This document shows positions 13,343-26,801 of a DNA stretch of 64,000 bases, piece after piece. The stretch lies in NCBI GenBank assembly GCA_964016885.1, contig OZ024746.1, positions 10,354,001-10,418,000 on the forward strand, in the 5' to 3' direction. Position 1 is the stretch's first letter. Each line of letters opens with the position of its first letter. The notes below the pieces were generated by a model. The model was not told the origin of the DNA, did not search any database, and worked only from the letters and a program-made list of their open reading frames with translations. Made by a program: the position numbers and the translations under genes. This DNA is from Eledone cirrhosa (lineage: Eukaryota).

Positions 13343-14060
13343 GTAAGTAGTATTTCTGTTATAGTAGTTGTCACCACCACCCACCTTTTAAACATAGTTT
13401 GTCTCTTATCTATATATTTTGATTATCTAATGATTAAATAGTAGCATTGAAGATTATAGTTAAAATCATTTTGATGTGAATAAATTGTTGTTACAAACTA
13501 TCTTGAATAATTTATTCACATTTAATTGGTTATACTTGTAATTTTTTGTTTGTGTATGTGCATTTGTGTGAGCATGTGTGAGAACGATAGACAGATAAGG
13601 ATATATATATATATATATATATAGTAAAGTTTATCTGTATATTTACAGAATGTGTAGCCATACACATATTAGATATCATCAGCATCGTTGTTTAATGTCC
13701 ATCTTCTACGCTTGCATGGGTTTGGACGGGAAATTTTCCCACTTGAGGCAAGAGTGGTTGTCTTGCTAGCATAGAACTGTCTGGCGGGTTTTCTACGGCT
13801 GGATGCCCTTCCTAACACCAACCACGTTTACAGTGTGGATATGTGTATATATTTATACATGTTGGTGCAGTCTCGGTTACACATTCTGTATTTATACAGA
13901 TATAACTTTATCATACACTTTGGCTGCTAGTGCACCTCTTAATACATATGTGTGTGTGTGTGTATATGTGTGTATACACACATAAATGGATACGTTAAAC
14001 TCATACGCCCATATATATAGATGTAGATATATGCGTGTGTGTGTGTGTGTATATATATAT

Positions 14061-14246
14061 ATAGGAACGAAATAGGACCCCGACGGCTGAGCTCAAGCCG
14101 TTTCGACGGCTAATTCTTTAGCCGTTGAAACGGCTTGAGCTCAGCCGTCGGGGTCCTACTCGTTCCTATTACCCACTCTACTACCCTAAGTATTGAGTAC
14201 TTTGGTGCGTTATGGTCCACCTGGTTCCTTACCACATTTCCTTCGT
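14061..14246. mobile_element. Penelope-like element terminal remnant with inverted duplication, in (TA)n
   Basis: 109-bp near-perfect palindrome (14061-14169) carrying hammerhead stem II-GAAAC-stem III-GUC; flanked by (TA)n on both sides. Confidence 0.6.
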
Positions 14247-14316
<70 letters not shown>

Positions 14317-15504
14317 AAAATTGGCACCAACAAAGGTATCCAGCTGTAAAACATTGCCTTAAAAAGAATGCCATGATGAGAATGGAGTCTGTCATAGTTG
14401 CCTTTTAGATATGCAGATATTACAGTGTACCTGTTCTAAACTAGATACACATCTGATTTTTGTTCTAATTGCAAAACATGTGCACATGTACGGCTTAGAG
14501 GAAACATTAACAACAGATCTACTGACAGAACCAAACCCTGTTAACTATTACCTACTAAGAAAATGTCTTATTATTTACACAACAGACCATCCACCATTCC
14601 CTTCTATTATGTACTATAAAGGGAAATAAAAATTTTATAGTGCCTAATTTGAGAGGTTGGGGTGGCATACCAGTGTGTATGTGTATAAATATTTATATAC
14701 ATGCATGTATCTATATATTCCACATACAGCTTACACTGCGGGACATTTCCTTCATCAGCTGTCGACTGGAGATCACAGTGATTTTCAGGATATGCATACA
14801 TGACCATAGACTTTACAAACATATCATTTTAAGGAGATAATAGACAAAACATATGTATATATCACTAAACTTGAACAAACAGGGTGAAGAATTACATGGA
14901 GAAGAGGTGATAGAAATTCTAGAATGTAGTTCTGGCAATGAAATTAAAATTTTGCACATGTTTGAGAAATAAAAAATAAAACAACAATAATGTTTGGAAA
15001 ATATTGACAAGATCTCCACTCATGAAAATTTTAGAAACTGAAGCAAATTGATATGCCAGACTATTCATGATTACAGTGTATTAAAAAAAAAATCTAAGAA
15101 AGTTATAACTATAGTTGAAGTAATTTCTTCAGTGAGATGCAACCTCATAGGAGGCTAGCTAAACATACACAGCTGTAAGCTGAAATTACATAAGTTCTGA
15201 TGTATGCTAGATACTACCTATATTGTATATCAATCAGGACTGATGCTTCAACTGTTTTTATTATTATTATTATTTAAACATAACCTGTCTAATCCATGCA
15301 AGCATGGAAAAGCAGATGTAAAATAATGATAATGATGATGATGATTTGTAAGTGAAGTTGCAAATAATATTTCATTATCATCATCTTTGTTGTTTTTACG
15401 TCCATTTTTTTCATGTTTGCATGGGTTGGACAGGTCTTTTTCAGCACAGCATCTCTCCACTTGAAGCTTTCCTTCATCATCTCCTCTGTGAGTCTCAGCA
15501 ATTT

Positions 15505-15790
15505 GAGATGGATTGATGCATGGCTAGCTAGTTGGATGGATGGCTTGGTAGGTAGATAGATAGATGGGTTGGTTGTTAGGTAGATATGTACATAGATAGT
15601 GAGGTAGGTACATACATAGATATGGAGGTAGGTAGGTAGATAGAGGTAGATACATTAATATATAGGCAGTTAGATAGGTAGGCAAACAGATGGATAGATA
15701 ATTAGGCAGATAGATGGGTAGATAGGCAGATAGGTAGGCAAATAGATGGATACATATGTAGATGTATAGATGGATGGATTGATTGATTCT
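15505..15790. repeat. Degenerate (TAGA/TAGG/TGGA)n tetranucleotide array
   Basis: Directly visible. Many (TA)n, (TG)n, (TC)n, (CAT)n and (TAT)n microsatellites occur elsewhere, e.g. 12537-12582, 14247-14312, 34553-34595, 41169-41202. Confidence 0.9.
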
Positions 15791-18700
15791 CTCACTGTTA
15801 GTCTAAAAGATGCTTGAATGTGGGAATTTAAAAAACATTGTTGGGATACTTGAACAGATGCTAAACCAGTGCACTGAAAATTGTTTAGTTCTCCAGAAAT
15901 AGTCTATAATTCAAAGTTATCTATGGCTAGTGATGCTGGAATTTGTATTTGCTAAAAAGTGTTTCAGGAATCTCTGTCTAAGCAGATGATAAATTTACTC
16001 ATATTGTATATAATTGTGTAATTCATGTGTTAAGTGTTACAGTGAATGACAGTAATAGTACAAGACAGATTAGAATGTGTGTAATGGAATGTGACAGATA
16101 GGATTGTGTGTGAATGTTTTGGTTATGAGGGAAATGTTTATGTTAAAATTCAAATGAGCTCTTAGATTAGGAAGCCATCAGATAACTACTAGTATACTTG
16201 TGTGTGTGTAGCATTAGGCTGTTCACTCCAAGATAGCTGTATACATTCATGTATGTAAAGTTTGTATATTGAATAATGTATGTTTACAAATAAACATTTG
16301 AAAGCCTTCAGTTATAAATTTTAAAAGTGGTGGCTGTCACTATCCACCTAGTTCCTGCAGAAAGACAGGGGGGAGAGCAGCTGATGGCTATGTGTCTGTT
16401 GTGAAGGTTATATACCCATTTTCTTGTCTTCATACTGGTATGTTTTTTTATCAACCTCGAAAGGATGAAAGGCAAAGTTGACTTCACCAGGGTTTGAACT
16501 CAGAGTCGAAACGAATACTACAAAGCATTCTATCTGATGATCTAATGGCTCTACCAATTTGTCTTCGTGTATAGATATAGAGGTGATTAAAAAGTATCTG
16601 GCCAAAAAATACTCCTTTAAAAAACCTGCCCTACTCGTTCCAGCATGGAGATGTGAATATAAAATTATGCCAATGATGAATACAATGACAATAGGGAAGA
16701 TATGTGTGTGCATCATCATTATTAAAAAAGAAAAATCTTAAATAAAATTAAGATGGAAGGTTTTAATATTAAATATGAATATTTTAAAATGAGCAATTTT
16801 CCATCATAAATTTATTTTTAAAAACTTGCTACCATAATGTAAACCAGATGAAAAAAGATTTATCTGCCTTAAGTGAACTATCAGTGCAGAATATGTCCAA
16901 TAGGTTTAAGAATTTCAGTTCTAGATTTTGTCTAGAATTAGGTGTTTGTTAGTCCAAACTAAATAGTAGAATGATGGTGATGGTGGTTGTGTGTGTGTAT
17001 TTGGTGGTGGTTATGTGTGTGCATGTGTTTGATGGAGGTAATGGTGGTGGTTGTGTGTGTTTGGTGGAGATAATGGTGGTGGTTGTGTGTGTTTGGTGGA
17101 GGTAATGGTCATGGATGTATGTGTGTGGTTTAGATTAGTTAACTGACTAATGTCTCAGTTTTACATTTGTTTTTTCCATCTGTGTTGTTTTCCTAGTAAT
17201 CCTAACCACAATAATCAGTGTATTAAGTCAGTCACTGTTTATATTACATTCATTTATTCTGTCTATGTGGAAGGTCATGGCATTATAGAATGGAAGATAT
17301 TTTTTTTCAAAATTGTATTATCTATCATTGATTTAGCCTTCAGTTTGTAATTAGGTAATATAACTTGTAAACAATGCTTCTGTGATTCCTAGATAAAACA
17401 CGCACACAGCACAGCACAGCACTATCATATACACATACAAAAGAAAAGTGCAAGGTGCATTGCAAGCAAGTGATCAGACAATGCACTGAATAATTTTAAA
17501 TCACCTTCATTCAGTGAGGGCAGACAAAATTACATGGTGTAAAACATTAATGTAAAAGGGTTAATTATGAATTTATGACTCAAATGTGAAATATTCTGGA
17601 AACATTTCTGTGCAGTTGTTTTTTTCTTTTACTCTGCTCTGCTCTTTTCAATTAATTTATTCCATACAATCTATTATAACTTGATTTCAATTGATTTATC
17701 ACCTGTTTTGTTTATGTGTTTATTTATTGTATCTTCCTTTTAAATTGTTGCAATAGTTATTGTGTAGTTATATTGAACATTCTTGCTAAGCAGTGCAATT
17801 TTATGATTAAGAAAGTACTTAAGCAATACAACTCGGCCGACAAACTAGCTGAGTCGCTTAAAAATATCTTTTTTAATGTCAAATTGTTTAATCAGACTTT
17901 GGAATATTTAATCCTTGTTCAGTCACAGCTTCACTTTTTTCTGTTTTATTTCTATTAGTAAAATGGAACTTAAAATATTATTTAAGAAATAATAATAAAA
18001 ATAAACCCCAAACATACTAAGGTTAGTTCTGTCATTCTGTTTTGTATATAATGACAAAAACAAGGCCTGTCCCCTATCCCTGCTATCATCCATTCTCTTT
18101 CAGACTGTACAGAAAGGATTCTATAAAGGCATATATGAAACCATATTCAATGTTTTCATATAATGGTTTCTAATTTAGGTACAAGGCAAGCAATATAGGA
18201 GAAGGGAAAGTCAGTAAGTGTGACACCTAGTTTCATTGTATTTTAACTGATTGTTGTAAACATTTGCAGTAAATTGAAGGATCTCATGTACTACAGTGTG
18301 TTATGAGTTAAGCTGATGCTTGGAACATAACTGAAAGGTTCTTACATACATTTATGATGGAAACTTTTAATATAAGTATATTCACTTTAAAATGGAGTTT
18401 TGTATCATAGAACCTGGGGACGGTGCCAAATGGGTTGGTAGGCTAAGAAGATAACTCACCACTATCATCATCATCATCATCATCTAATGTCAGCTTTCCC
18501 TGTTAGCAAGAGTTGGATGGGTTGGTAGTCAGAGCAGAGATACTGACCCTATGGGTGGGCCAGGAGCATGCATCTCACATATGTTCCTGTGTAGTTGGAT
18601 CAAACCCCAAACCCTGTAATTGCAAAATAAATCTCTAAATTACATAATCATGTAAGAGGAAAACCAGTATTTTTATATTATAAAAGATAAAAGGAAAAAA

Positions 18701-18849
18701 CTTTTTTTTTTTTATCAACTTTCCGTTTTATGTTTTATATATGAATTTCTTGCTTTAGCACACACAAAGTTATATATATCATAAACAGGTTCCTAGTTTC
18801 ATTGATAAAGTTATACAAATTTTAACTGGTTTAATGTTTATTTTCATAG

Positions 18850-18910
18850 GGATACATCAGGACAAGGACGATTCTGTACCATATTTCGCTCTTACTCACG
18901 TGGTGCTCAG
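18850..18910 (+). CDS. RAB40: Rab40 exon (G3/switch II)
   Basis: catag|G GAT ACA TCA GGA CAA GGA CGA TTC TGT ACC ATA TTT CGC TCT TAC TCA CGT GGT GCT CAG|gtaaat = (W)[20 protein letters not shown], the diagnostic Rab40 switch II. Phase joins the previous exon (TG+G = Trp). Confidence 0.97.
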
Positions 18911-19365
18911 GTAAATATTCTTTTTGTTTGCCAAATTGCTTTAACTGTTATGTAAAAAAAAAAAAATGCATATTTTTTTATTTAGGAAAATTTTTCCTTT
19001 CAATGAAAATTTCAAACTATTTTCTGAATGTTAAGAAATAGAAAAGGCTGAGAATGAATTAGTTGAAAGTCTAACCAAACAAAACCGACAGAGAGACCAA
19101 TTATAAAGATTACATACCAGACTCCCATCATACTCTCACTCCCTTCTATTATTTCCTCCATCACTGTTTCTTACACCCCTCCTCAGTCTGTCTCTTCTAT
19201 TATACTCTTGCACCCTAACCCACTCACACTGGCCTTTCTGTGAATGCTCTCTTATTCTCTCTTTTCATTACATTGCTTTGAATGAACCAAGGCAAACAAA
19301 CCAATGTTGGTGCCATGATGGAATGCATTCAATACACACTGTAAATTGTTTGGCATTAGGAAAGG

Positions 19366-19506
19366 CATTTAGCCATGGAACATATGAACAAGATGTGATT
19401 CTCTGATCCATCTAGCCTTGGAACATATGAACAAGATGTGATTCTCTGATCCATTTAGCCTTGGAACATATGAACAAGATGTGATTCTCTGACCCATTTA
19501 GCCTTG
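19366..19506. repeat. 43-bp tandem repeat, ~3.3 copies
   Basis: Unit catttagccttggaacatatgaacaagatgtgattctctgatc, near-identical copies with no spacers. Confidence 0.95.
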
Positions 19507-20868
19507 AACTGACTGTGATGTTCCTGACCAATATGAAAGTAAATGTAAAATGACAGTGGTGGTGGTAGCAGCGGCTGTGATAGGAGATTCGAAGAAAGGA
19601 AATGAAATATATAAAGAAAATCAGAGAGATAGAAGCTAAGATAAAAGCCTGAATCACTTGTTTAGTTAAGCAGTCAGACATCTTGCCACTCAAACATTTT
19701 ACCTGGCAACTAATTACAAAGACAATGTAGTGAAGAGATGAAATAACGAAAACTGAAGTCTAATTATCAAGTAACATACTAAAGAAAGTCATTGTGATGG
19801 CAGTTGGATTATAGAAAAACATAGAACCACTGTCTACATAGCTAGAGAGGGAGGGGGTTGAAGCAAGAGAGTTTCTTGCCAAAGAACAAATAACTCTGTT
19901 TTGCAATTGTTGATACAGAGAAAGTTGAGCACTGAGAAAGCTAGTTTAACCCTTTAGCATTTAAACTGGCCAGAATTCTGTTCAGACTGGCTGTAACTAG
20001 CCGATCATACTGATGTTAAGGTATTATTAAGGTATTATTCTCAAAATAAATAACATCAAAATCTCGTAGATTTGATATAATGAGAGATAATTAAGTAAGA
20101 TAAAGTCTTTACCACAAAAATACAATAGTACATATAGAGTAATGTAAATGTTAAAAGGTTAAGTAATGAAAACTATTTGTGCTGTGTTGGGAAGGAGAGA
20201 CTGAAGCAGTAATATAGATTTGGGATTAACTATATGAAAGCCAAGGATCTGTCCTTAGCTTTCTTCATTTCCTACACCTTGGAGCTGTTATGTTATGAAG
20301 GATTCATTGTCATGGCAACCCTAATTGAGCTGACCTATGATCAGAAGCATTCCAGCCATGGGTATCCTGTCTTTTTTATATCTAGGACTACATTGTTCAT
20401 TGTGTCTTTCATTTCTTTAAGACTGGAGGGTTTGATCTGGGGCAGTGGACTTGAGTTGGTAGAGCGTCAGATAGGATACCTTGTGGTATTTGTTCTATTG
20501 CTGTGGCTTACTGGGATGGTAGATGTAAACAGTTACCTAGTTTAACACCACCACCCACCCCTTGGTTGTCTTTAACAGAATCCACCTTTTTTTTTTTTTT
20601 TTTTACAAGCATTCAGGTCAGATCTCTTTTCTCCCTTTCACCTGTCATGGGCTAATCATCATCATCATCTTTTTATGCCTGCTTTTCCACGCTTGCATGG
20701 GTTGGACAAGTCCTTCTCAGACATCATCCCTCCACTCGTCATGTGATATAAAAAAAAACAAAGGAAAACTCTGGTTGATTGAATGACTGGTTGTTAACTT
20801 TTTAATATCTTTGCTGATAAATAATTATATTGAGAATTTGAATGATTTTTGCCCATTTGTTTTCACAG

Positions 20869-20946
20869 GGAATACTGCTGGTGTATGACATTACAAATAG
20901 GTGGTCATTTGATGGTATTAACCGTTGGTTAAGAGAAGTGGATGAA
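20869..20946 (+). CDS. RAB40: Rab40 exon
   Basis: cacag|[26 protein letters not shown]|gtacgt; 78 bp, phase 0/0. Confidence 0.97.
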
Positions 20947-21221
20947 GTACGTTGACCTCTTTTTATTATATTTTTCCTTTACTTTTTTTTCAAATGTATA
21001 ATCAACATTAAGATGTACTAGTATAGCAAGTGGCATTACCTAAATTTCTAAGTTAAAATTAAATGGTTGTGTTGTGAAAATGTCATGATAGTCATTTAAA
21101 AACCCACATACTGATATATTTAATCACTTCAGTTTAATTTGTGATAATTTTGTAATAGAGTTACACCACTGATTTTCCAGCAACCAATTGTTGATACTGC
21201 ACCTCTTATTAACTGGATATA

Positions 21222-22780
21222 AATCTAGCTAAAAGTAAGCCACTCTATTTGGCATTTGTCGACCTTGAGAAAGCCTTTGACAGAGTTCCACGTGCTGTAA
21301 TCTGGTGGGCTCTTAGAAAACTAGGAGTAGATGAATGGCTTGTGAAAGCGGTACAAGCCATGTATAGGGGAGCAGTCAGCAAAGTTAGGATTAGCAATGA
21401 GTATAGCGAGGAATTTAGCGTACAGGTTGGGGTCCACCAGGGCTCTGTTCTTAGCCCTCTCCTGTTCATCATAGTCCTGCAGGCAATAACGGAGGAGTTT
21501 AAGACCGGATGCCCATGGGAACTCCTGTATGCTGATGACCTCGCACTCATAGCTGAATCTATGATAGAACTAGAGAATAAATTCCAAACCTGGAAGCAGG
21601 GACTAGAAAGAAAGGGTCTCAAAGTCAACATGACAAAGACTAAGGTCCTTGTAAGTAGACGAGAAAACAGAACCCAGATCCCCTCAGGGAAATGGCCTTG
21701 CTCAGTATGTAGGAAAGGTGTAGGTAGGAACTCCATTCTCTGCCCCAAATGCAAACAATGGGTACACAAGAGATGTAGCGGGATCTCAGGAAGCTTAATT
21801 AAGAATGTAGGATTCACATGCAGCAGCTGTGCTGAGACAGCAAACAGCCACAGGAAACAAGTACCACCAATCTCTGGGAGGGCCCTGTAGAAACAGTAGA
21901 CAGCTTCTGCTACCTAGGTGACCGAATTAGCAACGGAGGTGGGTGTTCAGAAAGTGCAATAACTAGGGTAAGAACGGGATGGAAGAAGTTTAGGGAACTA
22001 CTACCACTGCTAGCTGCAAAAGGCTTCTCCCTCAGAATGAAAGGCAGACTGTATGATGCGTGTATCCGAACAGCGATGTTGCATGGTAGCGAGACCTGGG
22101 CGCTGAAGGTGGAAGACTTACGTAGATTAGAGAGAAATGAAGCCTGCATGCTCCGATGGATGTGTAACAATAATATACGTGAACGACGAAGCATAAATGA
22201 ATTGAGAGAGAGACTGAGCATAAGAGGAATCAAATGCTGTGTGCAGGAGAGGCGGTTGCGCTGGTATGGACATGTGATGCGTATGAAGGATGACAGTTGC
22301 ATAAAAAGGTGCAGAGCACTAGAAGTTGATGGAAACCGCGGAGTGGGGAGACCCAAGATGACCTGGGATGAGGTGATAAAAGCCGACCTTACCCAATTAC
22401 ACCTCTCAAAGACAATGACACACGACCGTGACTTCTGGCGTCACACAGTAATACAGAGTACCCGACCTCCCATGGGTACAAGCTGAAGCATATAGACAAT
22501 ATGCCCCCCCCCCCCCCCACCGCAAGGTGGTCGTGGAGGTGCCACGGCAAAAAAGCACCCAGCCCACACTGTAAAGTGGACGTGTAGGCGCCACGAAAAA
22601 GCACCCAGCACTCACTGTAAATGAGGTTGGTGTTAGGAAGGGCATCCAGCTGTAGAAATCAAGCCAAATCAGTTCCTGTATGAGCAAGGCATGGTCAACC
22701 GACCAGACACTGCCCACAACAGGACAACCCGTCTAACCCATGCTAGCGTGGAAGAACGGACGTAAAACGGTGAGGATGAT
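21222..22780 (+). mobile_element. RTE-clade LINE, 5'-truncated (RT, PHD-like insert, C-terminus, 3' UTR, (GAT)n-like tail)
   Basis: ORFs 21249..21890 (AFVDLEKAFDRVPR, GVHQGSVLSPLLF, LLYADDL) and 22037..22486 (HGSETW, RRLRWYGHVMRM, RGVGRPKMTW), joined by a frameshift. 3' UTR has aggaagggcatccagc and ends aacccatgctagcgtggaa...gatgat. Confidence 0.95.
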
Positions 22781-22781
22781 G

Positions 22782-23626
22782 AGGGTGCGGACGATATTTG
22801 TTCGCAAGATTACTGTCTAGGAAAAAATAACACAGTAGTTTTATTTTTTAAGATATATTTATCAAACTTGGGTCAGTTTGTCTTCATGACTTGTTCTTTC
22901 GATCTCACTCGATAAACCTGCCATTGGCTTTGATGACGGCCACAAGGCGGCCTCGGAACCGGCTACAGGCCTTCGTCACTGTCCCCCGACTTAGGCTCCT
23001 AAATGCATTTGTGATCCTGGCCTTCAGATTGTCTTTCAAATTGCAGCTAGATCTGTTGGTGTCTCGTTCCACTGCGCCCCACACAAAGAAGTCGAGGGGG
23101 TTGCAGTCAGGCGAGCTGGGAGGCCAGATGTCAGGTGAAGTGTGGTCGACGAAGTTCTCTGACAGCCAGGCTTGGGTCTTTCGGCTGTATGGCAGGGCGC
23201 TGAGTCTTGCTGCCACACGTACGGCCTACCTGCTGCTACCTGGTCGATCCAGGGCTTTACTACCTCGCTCAGAACGCGGATGTAGCCATCAGTGTTCAGC
23301 TTGAGGCCCTCAGGGAAGAAGTGAGGTGGCATGACGACACCTAAGACCAATGTTGTTGCTGGAAACTTTGTCTGCATGACTCTGGGCACGTCTTTGGATG
23401 AGACACCATTCTCCTGCTGACGCTGAGAAAGTCTGAAATTTCCTTATTTGCTCTCCCGGCGCGGATTCCAAGAAGAACTCCGTGTCTCTTCCACAAATTT
23501 TCTGAAAATAAATAATGGAGGAAATATAGTCACTGTTTTTATGAAGACAAGAGTGACAACGGAAGTAAAAAGAAATTGCATAAAATTAGCAGTTGAAAAT
23601 TGCGAACAAATATCGTCCTCACTCTG
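22782..23626 (-). mobile_element. Tc1/mariner DD37D (maT-type) transposon, internally deleted
   Basis: ~26-bp TIRs: agggtgcggacgatatttgttcgcaa (22782-22807) and ttgcgaacaaatatcgtcctcactctg (23600-23626) followed by TA. ORFs with YVWQQDSAPCH and WPPSSPDCNPLDF; 37 residues between the 2nd and 3rd Asp after correcting one frameshift. Confidence 0.9.
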
Positions 23627-24249
23627 TATATATATAGGTATTTCTTCACATTACAGACAATATAGCTCCAGCTAGGGGGTTACAATAACTAAAATAAGTT
23701 ATTGGGATAAAAAGAGTTGGGTGGAGAAAGAGAGACAGGTAAACAAACACGAATGGTGAGGCAACGTAAAGAGAGAAAAAAATGAAAAAATCAAGTCAGT
23801 AATTCATTTCGAATATAAGAATGGGCGAATTTTGACGAGAAGGTAAAGGCACATCTTAGCCGTACGGATGTGAGCAAGGAAAAGGATCGCGTACGGTGTG
23901 GGATGATGTAGGAAGTGAGAGAGAGGGTGAGTAGCAGAGAGTGAGTGAGTGAAATAAGAGGGAGAAGGAGAGAGAAAGAGGATAGCAGTAAGGGAAGAGA
24001 AAAAAGACAGGTCACAGCGAAGGGGAAAGCATATATGAATAAAAAAAATGGCGAGCTCTGTTGCAATTAAGTATAATAAATAAAGAATTAGAAATAGAAG
24101 TTATATATATATATATATGTGTGTGTGTGTATAACTGAAACCAATAAAATAATAAGAAGAAAGAAAAAAGAATATATTTTCATGGTGCATAAACTTCCTT
24201 TTATTTTATTCATTTGTTATTTATGGTATATATATATATATATAAATAT

Positions 24250-24902
24250 ACCTGAATGGCAAAGCATAAATGAACTAAGTGAGAAATTGGGAATAAGAGG
24301 GATCAGATGCTGTTTACTCGAGAGAAGACTACGTTGGTATGGTCACGTGATGCGCATGAAAGACGACAGCTGTATAAAAAAGTGCAGGATGATCAAAATA
24401 GATGGAAGCTATGGAGTAGGGAGACCCAGAAAAACCTGGGATGATTTGATAAATTCCGACCTTACACACTTACACCTCTCTAAGACCATGTCACTGGACC
24501 GAGATCTTTGGCGCTACGCAATAATACAGAAGACCCGCCTTGCCTAAGTACAAAGCGAAACCTACAGTCAGTAGGCACCTCCTAACCAAAAATACACCCC
24601 ATCTACACCACCCCTTTCTCTGTAAAGTTATGTTGGTACCACAACATCCAGTCCTAAATAAATGAGGTCGTGTAAGTGTCAACAAAAAAACACACAGTCC
24701 ACGCTGTAATGTGGCCATGTAGGTAACACGGTAAAAACCTCCCAGTCCACACTGTAAACGTGGTTGGTGTTAGGAAGGGCATCCAGGCATAGTAAACCCG
24801 CCAGACAGTCCTATACGAGCAACAATTCTCGTCTAAACCCATGCTAGCGTGGAAGATAGACGTTAAATAATGATGATAATGATAATGATGATGATGATGA
24901 TA
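24250..24902 (+). mobile_element. RTE LINE 3' fragment (same family as 21222-22780)
   Basis: SINELSEKLGIRGIRCCLLERRLRWYGHVMRMKDDSCIKKC...GRPRKTWDD, then the same 3' UTR and a (GAT/AAT)n tail. Confidence 0.9.
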
Positions 24903-26801
24903 TTTAGACAAACTAAGATACTTTCAGTAAAAAGTCTGTTTGACATTCACACAAGTCAGTTTAATCGTGTACCCTCAGCATAGTAATAATGTACTTATGA
25001 AAGCAATCTTATCATTATTGATAAATTAATAAGGTTTCTGTATTACACATTTTCCTTTAAAAGGTGAGAGCAAAATACAATTTCCTGTTGAATCATAACA
25101 AAAATCAATTATACTCTCTTTTTCGTTTTCTCTCTCTATCTTTGTCTCACTGTATGTGTGTATGTATTTATATTCCATATAAAGCGTGAAACTAATAAAA
25201 CTTTTGTATTTCTATTTTGTCGTTTCCTTGAACTATATGTATGTCTATGTGTGTGTGTATATGCAAAAGAGAAACAGAAATAACAAAGCAAACGACTCAG
25301 TACAATGAAGAAATATATTATTAGTTTTATGCTTGATATAGTAAGAAAAGAATCTTAACGTTTTGGATGCTAGTCTTTTATCAGAAAATAGAAAGAGAAA
25401 TTAAAGAAGAAATAGAAAGATAGAGGAGACTGTGCAGTGGTAGCAGAAGAGAATAGTGGAGGAAAAGTGGTAGAGAGTCATGGTATTTTGGTATAAAGCA
25501 AAAAGATATCAGAAAATCAAATGATCCAAAAAGATATCCAAGTGGAAATTCAGGTCGAGTCCAGGAAAAGCATTTGAACATTTGAAGTATTAACCATTTA
25601 GAACCAGAATAATACTAATGTATTGGGTGGCTTCCTTCTGCACAACCCAAATGGCAGAGGATCACATTCTTTCAGGAATATCCCTATAAGATCTGCAGCA
25701 GTTTCTGTTAAACCTCACTGGCACACAGTTCAGGGAGCACATTTTTTGCTGCTTCACAAATAATACTGTAGTCATCCACAATATAATGGTGACTTCTACA
25801 ATCTTATCTGGTAGAAATAACAACATATGGTCTTAGTGATTATATCATTCAGCACCTACCACAGTCATGCCAGCTCTCCAAGACAATAACATCAAACTGA
25901 AGCAATTTCAGTCAATAGTACATACTATATACATTAAATATGTATATAGACTGAAATGTCATCTCTAAAGACAGGAAAGTTTTCATGCCCAAAGAATACA
26001 TGTCTAAAATTATCTAAACAAACGAGTGCAAAAGAAATGAGGCAGCTTAAAATGTTGATTGACATTGAAAATCTGAAGAAAGTGAATAACTTTGTACAGA
26101 AGCACACAAGGTAAATGAAATACTCAAATGAGCAATTCAATAATATTTTCACCACCCTTCTGGTATACAAGTAAATAGTTGAACTAAATAGTTCTACAAC
26201 ATTGTAATATGGCATTGAGAAAAGGCAACCAGGAAATATATTAATAACTACCCTACAAAAACTGTCTGAACATAGCAGCAAGCCCTGATAACTTCCTAAC
26301 AATTCTTTAATAATAATAAAATAAAGAGAGAGAGCAAAAAAAAAAAAACATGCAAAAGGGCCTTGGAATGTGAATTACTTTTCCAAAGATTTCTTGAAAA
26401 TAGTAATCCCCCCCCCCCCTCCTCAAGGTAGGGAATAGAACAAATGCAAAATTACAGGTATCTTTGACTTCACATTAGCAAGGTGAGGGAACTAATTATG
26501 TTCCTAGAAAAAATAACTTAACTGAAGCCTTGTGATTGAAATTGGTTAGATGGGAATTGTATGGAAGCCCATCAGATGGATTGTACCTGTAATTCAAGGT
26601 TCCAGTCTTTTCACATATTATATGACACTGATTTGGACTGGGAATTACATTAAGTGTACACATACCTGTGGAATACTCAGCTATGTATACGTTAATTTAA
26701 TGAGTTGGTTGTTCAGTTGGCCAAACAACTGAATGCTCATCATTGAAACCAACGAAGAATCCATAATTTTACTAAGCCACTGAAAAGTCTTGATTATATT
26801 A

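Noticed and set aside
19366-19506. 43-bp repeats as a CRISPR array
   Set aside because: Units are contiguous with no unique spacers; eukaryotic intron; no cas genes.
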